From Clostridia bacterium (GTDB taxonomy: Bacteria; Bacillota; Clostridia; Christensenellales; Aristaeellaceae), in contig JAZRWA010000024.1 in the NCBI GenBank assembly GCA_045599485.1, positions 1-15,881 on the forward strand: 15,881 nucleotides of DNA, given 5' to 3'. Within the stretch, counting starts at the first letter, position 1. Each line of letters starts with the position of its first letter. Below, piece by piece: positions 7,713-15,044 of this stretch. The translations under genes and the position numbers were made by a program. The notes under the pieces were generated by a model. That model saw nothing but the letters and a program-made list of their open reading frames with translations, ran no database searches and was not told the DNA's origin.

Positions 7713-8576
7713 TTACCCCCGTCCGCGCCCTTCCGCGAGGGCGGCGGAGGCAATAATGAGCACCGAGCCAATCATGGCGGGCACCGTCAGCACCTCGCCG
7801 AGGAACAGCGCGGACAGCAGCAGCGCCGATACGGGATCGATGTAGCTGAGCACCGCCGCCGAAAAGGCGGGAATGCGCTGCAGACCGCCAAAGTACAGCA
7901 CATACGCCAGTCCCGTGTGCACCAGTCCTGCGGTGAGCAGCAGCAGGATGCTTCCGCCATTCAGCTGCGGCAGGGCAAAGCCGCCCGTCAGCAGCAGGTA
8001 GGGCACCATGGCGCAGGCCGCGCCGAGCAATTGCCAGAAGGTCTTTTCATAGGGGTCGGGCATGGGCAGCAGCTTGTTGCAAACGACCACGAAGGCATAG
8101 AACACGGCGGCGGCAAGACCCAGCAGAATGCCCGTCTGCCCCGCGGCGGCGCCCTCGGTCACGCCCGAGACCAGCACCATGCCGAGGACGGCGGCTGCTG
8201 CGCACAGCGCCTTGCGCAAGGTCAGGTGCTCCCTGAACAAAACAGGCGACACCAGAATGATAATGACCGGCTGCATATAATAGCACAGCGTGGCGGTGGA
8301 GACCGAGGTGTAATTGTACGCCTCAAACAGCAATATCCAGTTGACGCCCATCACGGCGCCGATGCCGAGCAGCCCCAGCACCTTTTTGTGCCCGATACCG
8401 TGAAACAGCCTGCGCCCGCTGAAGCGCGCAAACAGCAGGATAAACAGCGCGCCGAGGCCTCCGCGCACAAAGGCGAGCAGCCCCGAGGGCACGGGCAGCG
8501 CCCTGCGCAGCAGCCCCACCGTGCCGAAGATGAGCATGGAAGCGATAAAGGCGGCATAGGCCGCGTGCTTTTTCAT
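7713..8576 (-). CDS. EamA/DMT-superfamily permease (10-TM drug/metabolite transporter)
   Basis: The 287-aa product is highly hydrophobic and shows the duplicated EamA-like architecture (FGTVGLLRRAL... and ...LSYIDPVSALLLSALFLGE). The stop is TAA. Confidence 0.8.
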   Translation of the reverse strand: MKKHAAYAAFIASMLIFGTVGLLRRALPVPSGLLAFVRGGLGALFILLFARFSGRRLFHGIGHKKVLGLLGIGAVMGVNWILLFEAYNYTSVSTATLCYYMQPVIIILVSPVLFREHLTLRKALCAAAAVLGMVLVSGVTEGAAAGQTGILLGLAAAVFYAFVVVCNKLLPMPDPYEKTFWQLLGAACAMVPYLLLTGGFALPQLNGGSILLLLTAGLVHTGLAYVLYFGGLQRIPAFSAAVLSYIDPVSALLLSALFLGEVLTVPAMIGSVLIIASAALAEGRGRG

Positions 8577-8599
8577 GGCAACCGATCCTTTCAGCTTTG

Positions 8600-8636
8600 A
8601 AAAACCGCCGTCCGCAAGGGACGGCGGCAGTTTTTT
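8600..8636 (-). terminator. Rho-independent (bidirectional-looking) terminator after the DUF362 gene
   Basis: CCGCCGTCC (8605-8613), loop GCAAG, GGACGGCGG (8619-8627). A-run 8600-8604 lies on one side (a U-tract on the minus strand) and TTTTTT 8631-8636 lies on the other. Confidence 0.7.
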
Positions 8637-8646
8637 GCGGCTTGGA

Positions 8647-9750
8647 TTACTGCATTTCGACCAGGTCGTAGGCGCGGGAGCCGAGACCGATCTTTTCGGC
8701 CTGATCCAGCACGGCGGCGCCGTCGGTATCGGGGTGCAGCATGGAAGCGTGATCGCCGGGGGTGCGCATGCCGCGGGTGTAGAGCAGGCTGTTGTGCTGG
8801 GGCATCATGCTGTTGACCTTGTCCAGCGCGGCCTGATCGATGGCGACGGGGTCGAAGGAGGCGAACATGCCCACATCCTCAATGACGGGGGTGTCGTTGA
8901 TGTTGTAGCAGTCGCAGTAGGGAGAGATGTCACAGGCGAGGGTGATATGGAAGCACTCACGGCCGCGGACCACGGCGGCGGTGTATTCGGCGATCTTGCG
9001 GGAAAGGATCTCGTTGGCGCGGTCATCCATGGGATGCACGCACTTGACGGGGCACTTTTCGATGCAGCGGCCGCAGCCGGCGCACTTGGTGGCATCGACA
9101 TAGGCGGTGCCGTTGACGGCGATGGCGCCGTGGGCGCAGAAGGTGGTGCAGGTGCCGCAGCCCACGCACTGGGAGGCATCCACCACGGGCTTTTCGCTGG
9201 CGTGCATATCCTTTTTGCCCTTGCGGCTGCCGCAGCCCATGCCCAGGTTTTTGAGCGCGCCGCCAAAGCCGGCGGCTTCGTGGAATTTGAAATGGTTGAG
9301 GGAGATGACGATATCGGCATCCATCACGGCGCGGCCGATGTAGGCATTCTGCACATACTCGCCGTTGACGGGCACGGCCACCTCGTCATCGCCCTTGAGG
9401 CCATCGGCAATAATGACATGGCAGCCGGTGGCGAAGGGGTTGAAGCCGTTCTGATAGGCGGCGGACAGGTGATCGAGCGCGTTGACACGCGGGCCGGTGT
9501 ACAGCGTGTTGCAGTCGGTCAGGAAGGGCTTGCCGCCCTTGGAGGCAATATAATCACACAGGGCACGGGAATAATTGGGGCGCAGATAGGCCAGGTTGCC
9601 GGGCTCGCCAAAGTGGGTCTTGACGGCAACAAACTTGCCCTTCATATCGATCTTGTCCAGACCGGCGGTCTTGACCAGACGGATCAGTTTTTCGGTCAGG
9701 CATTCATCGCCGGGGCAGCGGAAAGAGGTAAAAACGACCTGAGAGCTCAT
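8647..9750 (-). CDS. DUF362 domain protein with an inserted 2x[4Fe-4S] ferredoxin-type module
   Basis: The 367-aa product has a DUF362-like N-terminus (KGKFVAVKTHFGEPGN, FLTDCNTLY) and two CxxCxxCxxxC(P) clusters (CVGCGTCTTFC and CAGCGRCIEKCP). GGAGGA RBS. The stop is TAA. Confidence 0.8.
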   Translation of the reverse strand: MSSQVVFTSFRCPGDECLTEKLIRLVKTAGLDKIDMKGKFVAVKTHFGEPGNLAYLRPNYSRALCDYIASKGGKPFLTDCNTLYTGPRVNALDHLSAAYQNGFNPFATGCHVIIADGLKGDDEVAVPVNGEYVQNAYIGRAVMDADIVISLNHFKFHEAAGFGGALKNLGMGCGSRKGKKDMHASEKPVVDASQCVGCGTCTTFCAHGAIAVNGTAYVDATKCAGCGRCIEKCPVKCVHPMDDRANEILSRKIAEYTAAVVRGRECFHITLACDISPYCDCYNINDTPVIEDVGMFASFDPVAIDQAALDKVNSMMPQHNSLLYTRGMRTPGDHASMLHPDTDGAAVLDQAEKIGLGSRAYDLVEMQ

Positions 9751-9784
9751 GGCTTGTTTCCTCCATAATAGATGTTCGGCAAAG

Positions 9785-9814
9785 ATTATAGCACAGGTTG
9801 GGGTAAAATGTCAA
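9785..9814 (-). promoter_or_regulatory. Promoter of the DUF362 gene
   Basis: On the minus strand: TTGACA (9809-9814), 18 nt, TATAAT (9785-9790), with an extended -10 TGC immediately upstream. Confidence 0.55.
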
Positions 9815-9840
9815 AGAACAGGCTTTGCGCGGCCCTCTGA

Positions 9841-9877
9841 CAACAAAGAAGCGGCAGGGTTTTTGACCTTGCCGCTT
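9841..9877 (-). terminator. Probable terminator downstream of hup
   Basis: Minus-strand RNA AAGCGGCAAGG-TCAAAAA-CCCTGCCGCTT (one mismatch), followed by CTTTGTTG. Confidence 0.45.
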
Positions 9878-9895
9878 TGGAAGCGTGATGGGAGA

Positions 9896-10177
9896 TCAGT
9901 CCTTGCCGTTCAGCTTGTCGCGCAGGCTGGCGGCGGGCTTGAAGGCGATGGCGCGGGAAGCGGCAATTTCGATGGCTTCGCCGGTGGAGGGGTTGCGGCC
10001 GGTGCGGGCAGCGCGCTCCTTGACCTCAAAGGTGCCGAACTTGCTGAGGGAGACCTTGCTGCCGGCGCAGACAGACTCGGCGATCAGGTCGAAAACGGCT
10101 TCCACGGCCTCTTTGGCTTCGGTGTTATTCATGCCGGTCTTTTTGGCGACGGCGGCAAACAGATCCTGCTTGTTCAT
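9896..10177 (-). CDS. hup: HU-family nucleoid-associated DNA-binding protein
   Basis: The 93-aa product MNKQDLFAAVAKKTG...FGTFEVKERAARTGRNPSTGEAIEIAASRAIAFKPAASLRDKL is a textbook HU/IHF fold sequence. GGAGGT RBS. The stop is TGA. Confidence 0.95.
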   Translation of the reverse strand: MNKQDLFAAVAKKTGMNNTEAKEAVEAVFDLIAESVCAGSKVSLSKFGTFEVKERAARTGRNPSTGEAIEIAASRAIAFKPAASLRDKLNGKD

Positions 10178-10241
10178 GGGGATACCTCCGAATAATGTAA
10201 TCGCCCGGGTGGGGCGTAGTCAGCCTTATCAAGTATACATA

Positions 10242-11531
10242 TTAATTTTCGCTTGTCAAGGCTTTTTCTGTTTCTTCTGTCCGCGAAACAAGGACAGTTA
10301 CGGCGCGCTGCAGCTCTTCCTCGGCGGACTTTCCCTCGCGGCGCAGACGGTCGACCAGCAGCAGAAGCTCCTTTTGCGGGTTGTTTTCAACAAGGTCGGC
10401 GATGTTGTCGCCGTGCGCCTGAAGCTTTTTGAGCACCTTCTCCGCCCGGAGCAGAGCGGGCAGCGACAGCGACACGGCGCGCAGCGTATCGGCAAAGCCG
10501 GCGGTGCCGCGCTCCCGCTGCTTGACCTTTTCCCAGTTGAGAAGGACCTCGTCGGCGGTGCCGCAATGCACATCGCCGAAGATGTGCTCGTGACGACGTA
10601 CCATTTTGCTGACGATGCCGCTGGTGACGTCGGACAGCTCAAAGGTGCCGTACTGCGCCCCGATATCGGACTGGAACACGATCTGCAGCAGCACATCGCC
10701 CAGCTCGTCCGCCACGTGCTCCCAATCCCGCTCACTGACCGCCTGCGAGACCTCGTAGGCTTCCTCAATCAGATAGCGGGAAAGCGTGTCATGCGTCTGC
10801 TCCCGGTCCCACGGGCAGCCGTTTTGCCCCCGCAGCAGCGCCATTACACGCACCAGATCGTAAAAATCATGGCGTTCGCGCGCCTGCACCGGGGCGGGCG
10901 GCAGGTAGAGCGCGGCGGTGTGGTCGTACTTCTTTTGACGGTCCATCTCCCACAGGGGGATGCGCACGGCTTCACGGTGCGCCCGGGACGTGGGCGGGAA
11001 GAACAACACCTCGGTCTCATCGCCGTACCACGGGGTGAGCTTCAGCTTGCATTCGCCCGCCAGATAGGGCGTGTTGAGCTCGGTGATGAGGAGCCCTCCC
11101 TGTGTGTCGGTCACCTCCAGATCGGTGGCGCTGACCACACGCATGGCCCCGCGCGCCTGCGCCGCCTGCAGCAGCGGCGCGGAAACGGGCATGCCGCCTT
11201 CGATGATGATATCGCCGGGGTGCTTTTCGCACAGCGCCTGCACGGTGGTGTCGGTCAGGGCATCCAGCACGGCATACACGGCCTTGCCGCGGGCAGCGGC
11301 CTTTTCGACGGCAGCCACGGCGGCGGCGGTGAATTCGTCAAAATCCTACGCGGACTCGTGCAGGGCATCCAGAGAGGTAAAGGCAATGCCCTGTTCGGCA
11401 AGGTACTTGCCCGCGTCGGTCAGCGCGGTGCGCAGCACCAGGCGTTTGGCGGTTTTGAGGGTATCGAGCACGCCCAGGGTGAGGTGCTCACGCGGGCCGG
11501 GGCCCAGGGAAACGACGGTCACGGAATGCAT
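10242..11531 (-). CDS. yabN: YabN-like fusion protein (N-terminal tetrapyrrole-methylase-family SAM methyltransferase domain plus MazG NTP pyrophosphohydrolase domain); contains one in-frame TAG at 11346-11348
   Basis: Track ORFs 11346..11648 (real start ATG 11531, MHSVTVVSLGPGP, RBS GAGGAGG) and 10242..11318 are in the same frame (11348-11318=30). They are joined by TAG plus 9 sense codons (...LDALHESA-TAG-DFDEFTAAAVAAVEK...). The MazG core is present downstream (GCPWDREQTH, EEAYEV, ELGDVLLQIV, RRHEHIFG). The gene order flippase-yabN-hup matches the yabM-yabN neighbourhood of Bacillus and Clostridia. The final stop is TAA. Confidence 0.85.
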
Positions 11532-11541
11532 GGGTTCCTCC

Positions 11542-13149
11542 TCAGCGTTTGACAAAGCGTCGCAGACGGCCGGGAACATCCTCGGGGCGGATGGCCTTGA
11601 TCGCAAAGGCGAGCAGCGCGTAGACGGCAATGCCTGCCAGAATGGCAACGGCCACGGCGATCAGCAGCAGGAAACGGCCGCCGGTGAGGCATTTTTCGGT
11701 AAAGAGCACGTACCAGATGACGTATACGATGGCCCCCATGGCCACGGTGGCTGCCAGCGGGCGCAGAAGGATATCGGTCACGGGGAAGCGCTTGGAAGCG
11801 TAGCGGACGACAAAATACAGGTTGGGCACCATCGACACGGTGTAGCACACCAGCGAGGCGATGGGCGCGCCGTGAATGTTGATGGAGGGCGTGCCGATGA
11901 GCAGATAGTTGAGGCCGATCTTGCAGATCACACCCGCCAGCAGCGTGTACAGCGGCAGGCGCTGCTTGCCGCAGCCGTGCAGGATACCGCTGGTGGCCTG
12001 CACCATGGTAAAGAAGAAGATGGTAAAGGCACTCATCTGCAGGATCTGCGCGCCCAGATCGAGCTGCGCGGGGGTGTATTTAGCGCTGAAGAGCAGGTAC
12101 AGGATGGGGCGGGCGAGCAGGCTCATGCCCATTGAACAGGGCATGCCCACAATGGAGGCGATGCGCATGCCGTCAATGCTCTGACGGGATACATCCTTCA
12201 TGTCATGGCGTGCCATGCCGGCGGAGATGGCGGGCACCAGATTGGTGCTCATGGCCATGGCCAGGGCGGTGGGCACGTTGATGAGCGACAGCACCACGCT
12301 GGAGTACAGACCGTAGCGCACCAGCGCCTCGGCGTGCGCCATGCCGTCGGCTTCCATCAGGTTGGTGACCATGAAGCTGTCGATCCACCCGGCCAGGGGC
12401 ACGATGCAGCTGGACAGCGTGATGGGAATGGAGATCTTGAGCAGCGTTTTGACCAGCTGGGCGGTTTCGGGCGCGGGCTCGGTGCTGTTTTGCGGTACGG
12501 CGGCAAACTCCCCGCCGGCGCGGCGGTGGGCAATGCCCATAAAGACAAGCGCGGCGCCCTCGGCCACACTGGTGCCCAGCAGCATGCCCGCGGCGCCCCC
12601 GGGCGCGCCGCCCAGGTTCATGCCCGCGACGGCCATGGGCAGGGCGACCGCCAGCTTGCCCACCTGCACGATGAGCTGGGAGATGGCGGTGGGCATCATT
12701 TTGCGATGTCCCTGCATGTAGCCGCGGTAGGCGCTCATGACGCACACCAGCAAAAGCGACGGCGCGATGGCGAGGTAGCCGATGCGGATCTCGGGCGCGC
12801 CGGCCTGATTGGACAGCCAGCCGCTGAAGATGACCAGCAGCAGCGTGGCCAGCAGGCCCAACGCTGTCAGCCCCCATGCCGCCAGCCTGAACACGCGGCG
12901 GGCGGCGGAGGGATCCTGTCGCGTGACATAGTGCGCCACCATGCGGGAGATGGCCACGGGCAGACCGGCAGAGGAGATGGTCAGCAGCAGGTTATAGCTC
13001 TGGAACACCTTGGAATACAGACCCAGCCCCTCGGCCCCGATGTAGGCGGCCAGCGGAATGCGGTAGAGCACGCCGACCACCTTGCAGATCAGCCCTGCAA
13101 GCCCCAGTATGGAGATGCCGCCGACCAGCGATTTGGTTTTTTGAGACAT
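11542..13149 (-). CDS. MOP-superfamily flippase (SpoVB/YabM/MurJ-like polysaccharide or lipid II flippase)
   Basis: Track ORF 11542..13209. The preferred start is ATG 13149 (MSQKTKSLVGGISILGLAG), with GGAGGA upstream. The roughly 535-aa polytopic membrane protein has SpoVB/MurJ-like N-terminal motifs (YRIPLAAYIGAEGLGLY, LPVAISR). The stop is TGA and overlaps the yabN RBS. Confidence 0.8.
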   Translation of the reverse strand: MSQKTKSLVGGISILGLAGLICKVVGVLYRIPLAAYIGAEGLGLYSKVFQSYNLLLTISSAGLPVAISRMVAHYVTRQDPSAARRVFRLAAWGLTALGLLATLLLVIFSGWLSNQAGAPEIRIGYLAIAPSLLLVCVMSAYRGYMQGHRKMMPTAISQLIVQVGKLAVALPMAVAGMNLGGAPGGAAGMLLGTSVAEGAALVFMGIAHRRAGGEFAAVPQNSTEPAPETAQLVKTLLKISIPITLSSCIVPLAGWIDSFMVTNLMEADGMAHAEALVRYGLYSSVVLSLINVPTALAMAMSTNLVPAISAGMARHDMKDVSRQSIDGMRIASIVGMPCSMGMSLLARPILYLLFSAKYTPAQLDLGAQILQMSAFTIFFFTMVQATSGILHGCGKQRLPLYTLLAGVICKIGLNYLLIGTPSINIHGAPIASLVCYTVSMVPNLYFVVRYASKRFPVTDILLRPLAATVAMGAIVYVIWYVLFTEKCLTGGRFLLLIAVAVAILAGIAVYALLAFAIKAIRPEDVPGRLRRFVKR

Positions 13150-13173
13150 AACGGTTCCTCCGATAAAAAGGCG

Positions 13174-13211
13174 AAAAAAACGATGCAAAGCGCTTTGAAC
13201 GGTTTGCATCG
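13174..13211 (-). terminator. Rho-independent terminator after the small membrane ORF
   Basis: Minus-strand RNA CGATGCAAA-13-nt loop-TTTGCATCG, followed by TTTTTTT (plus-strand A-run 13174-13180). Confidence 0.6.
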
Positions 13212-13230
13212 CAGGCGGTGTGTTTCGGAA

Positions 13231-13341
13231 TTACAGGATGAGGGACGCCAGCGTGGAGCCCACGATGAGCACCGCCAGAATGATACACATGACGCGCACA
13301 AAGGTGCTGACGCCCTGCTTGTTGTTCTTTTTGCCGCTCAT
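13231..13341 (-). CDS. Small (36 aa) predicted single-pass membrane protein
   Basis: MSGKKNNKQGVSTFVRVMCIILAVLIVGSTLASLIL has a basic N-terminus followed by one hydrophobic helix. GGAGG lies 9 nt upstream of the ATG, and the ATG lies 1 nt after the upstream TAA. A terminator follows. No homology is recognised. Confidence 0.45.
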   Translation of the reverse strand: MSGKKNNKQGVSTFVRVMCIILAVLIVGSTLASLIL

Positions 13342-13342
13342 G

Positions 13343-13591
13343 TTACTGCACCTCCGTCTGATAGGCTTCGATGGCGCGGGACAGCTGATCGGGGCAGGAT
13401 GTATTGCCGCGGCAGGGAATGCCGCGCAGCAGATCCTTGACCTCATCGGCCTTGCGGCCGACGACCATCTTGGCCAGGCCCAGGGTGTTGCCGCGGCAGC
13501 CGTTGTGGATGGTGCAGGCGGTGATGATGCCGTTTTCGATCTCCAGATCGATCTGGGTGGAGCAGGTGCCACGGGTTTTATACTGGAACAT
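13343..13591 (-). CDS. TIGR03905-type 4-Cys (TSCPD-like) small protein
   Basis: The 82-aa product MFQYKTRGTCSTQIDLEIENGIITACTIHNGCRGNTLGLAKMV...PCRGNTSCPDQL matches the characteristic TIGR03905 pattern. GGAGGA RBS. The stop is TAA. Confidence 0.8.
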   Translation of the reverse strand: MFQYKTRGTCSTQIDLEIENGIITACTIHNGCRGNTLGLAKMVVGRKADEVKDLLRGIPCRGNTSCPDQLSRAIEAYQTEVQ

Positions 13592-13606
13592 GAATATTTT
13601 TCCTCC

Positions 13607-14194
13607 TTATAGGCTGTGATGCGGGAAAAGAGCTTCGTAATCCTTCCTCAGGATGGCAAACAGATACACATCGCGGTACTGTCCCTTGCTGTAGACGCGG
13701 CCGCGCAGCAGCCCCTCCCGGGTCATGCCGCATTTTTCCATCACACGGCCGGAGGCGGGGTTGCGGGGATCGTGCATGGCTTCCACCCGGTTGAGACGCA
13801 GCTCTTCAAAGCTGAAGCGCAGCAGCGCGCCGAGCGCTTCGGTGGCGTAGCCGCGGTTCCATACATCCCGGGCGAGGGAATAGCCGATCTCGGCACAGTG
13901 GCTGTCGCAGTCGATGCAGCTGAAGCTGACGGTGCCAAGGACGCGGTGATCCTCCTTGCGCTCAATGGCCAGGCTGCCGGGCAGCCCCAAACGGTACTGG
14001 CGCCTGAGGCGGCGGATGTAAGCGCGCGTTTCGGCGGGCGAGGCGTGCGCCTTGAGCGGTTCAAAGCGGCTGACCTACGGATCGCCGTAGCAGCGGAACA
14101 GATCGCGGCTGTCCTGCATCGTGACGGGGCGCAGCACCAGCCGCGGCGTCTCGACCTCGGGCAGCAGGCGAAAAACACGTCGGTAATCCTGCAT
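13607..14194 (-). CDS. RimJ/RimL-like GNAT N-acetyltransferase with one in-frame TAG at 14075-14077 (codon 40)
   Basis: Hand translation from ATG 14194 (RBS AGAGG) gives MQDYRRVFRLLPEVETPRLVLRPVTMQDSRDLFRCYGDP-TAG-VSRFEPLKAHASPAETRAYIRRLRRQYRLGLPGSLAIERKEDHRVLG.... This runs in frame into track ORF 13607..13990 (14194-14077=117 and 14194-13990=204). The N-terminal piece is the canonical first strand and helix of Acetyltransf_3-type GNATs. The acetyl-CoA motif WNRGYATEA lies after the TAG. The final stop is TAA. Confidence 0.8.
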
Positions 14195-14212
14195 AAAGGA
14201 AACCTCTTGATA

Positions 14213-14241
14213 ATTATCCCATATTCAGGGAAAAAATGCAA
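14213..14241 (-). promoter_or_regulatory. Promoter of the GNAT / TIGR03905 / small-ORF operon
   Basis: On the minus strand: TTGCAT (14236-14241), 17 nt, GATAAT (14213-14218), with TGG (an extended -10 TGn) just upstream. Confidence 0.5.
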
Positions 14242-14254
14242 TCGATAAAAAATT

Positions 14255-14872
14255 TTACAACGGGCGGGATGCCAGCACCCTTGTGGGCCGTTGTATAGTA
14301 GAAAGCCCTTCATAGGGCGCGGCGGTCTGCTGCAGGGCGCGCTGCGCCAGAAGCAGGCCCACGATGGTCTTGCTGTCGCGGATCTCTCCGTTCAGGATCA
14401 TGCCCACGGCGTCGGAAAGCGGCAGGGAGGCGATGTTCAAAAACTCGCCCTCATCGGGGTGCGTTTCGTGGGCGGTCAGCCCCGTGGCCAGATAGATGCC
14501 GATGTGTTCATCGCAAAAGCCGGGCGTGGTCAGGATATCGCTGAGCAGCGTCCAGTTTTCGGCCATGAGGCCGGTCTCCTCGCTCAATTCGCGCTTGGCG
14601 GCGTCGAGGGTGCTTTCGCCCTCCTTGTCCAGCTTGCCGGCGGGAATTTCCCACGTGAAGCGGTGATTGACCACACGGTGCTGGCGCACCAGGGTGACGC
14701 AGCCGTTTTCGTCCACGGGCACCACGGCGGCGGCGCCGTGGTGACGCACCACCTCGCGGGGGGCTGTGCTGCCGTCGGGCAGGCGCACCTGCCAGCGTTC
14801 CACGTTGATGATCTTGCCTTCAAAAATGGGTTCGGAGGAGAGAAAGACCTCCTCCAGTCTGCTGTCGTCCAT
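14255..14872 (-). CDS. nudF: Nudix hydrolase, ADP-ribose pyrophosphatase type
   Basis: The 205-aa product has the Nudix box GKLDKEGESTLDAAKRELSEETGL and a NudF-like N-terminus (EPIFEGKIINVERWQVRLPDG). GAAGGAG RBS. The stop is TAA. Confidence 0.85.
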   Translation of the reverse strand: MDDSRLEEVFLSSEPIFEGKIINVERWQVRLPDGSTAPREVVRHHGAAAVVPVDENGCVTLVRQHRVVNHRFTWEIPAGKLDKEGESTLDAAKRELSEETGLMAENWTLLSDILTTPGFCDEHIGIYLATGLTAHETHPDEGEFLNIASLPLSDAVGMILNGEIRDSKTIVGLLLAQRALQQTAAPYEGLSTIQRPTRVLASRPL

Positions 14873-14962
14873 GTTAAAGCTCCTTCAACAAAAAAGTGCT
14901 GAAAGGAGTATTCGACAAAGAGACGGTTTTTCCTGCCTGAAGGGCGCGCCGGGGCGCTTGCA

Positions 14963-14991
14963 TTGACGAAAAAAACGTTCTGTTATATAAT
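14963..14991 (+). promoter_or_regulatory. Promoter of the repeat-protein gene
   Basis: TTGACG (14963-14968), 17 nt, TATAAT (14986-14991). Confidence 0.55.
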
Positions 14992-15044
14992 TGTAGGAGT
15001 TTTTTACCTGAAAATTCCCGCTTTCCAAAGGAGGCTTTAGGAGT

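Noticed and set aside
90-14194. Calling the addA-like, yabN-like and GNAT genes ordinary pseudogenes.
   Set aside because: This is not excluded, but it is disfavoured. All five lesions are the same codon (TAG). There are no indels or other stop types. Conserved motifs and codon structure persist on both sides. TAG is absent as a terminator. I keep it as the main alternative hypothesis.
14651-14662. Additional CACGTG-containing sequences (for example CCCACGTGAAGC near 14651, and others near 904, 2764 and 10715) as further parS sites.
   Set aside because: Only the central hexamer or one half-site matches. The flanking TGTTT/AAACA arms are absent.
6703-15044. A suppressor tRNA (CUA anticodon) or other RNA gene in the intergenic regions 6703-6865, 7529-7712, 9751-9895, 10178-10241, 14195-14254 and 14873-15044.
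   Set aside because: Reading by eye shows only promoters and terminator hairpins. I found no cloverleaf-compatible arrangement and no GTTCRANNC T-loop. An eye search is weak evidence, so this needs tRNAscan-SE on the full genome.
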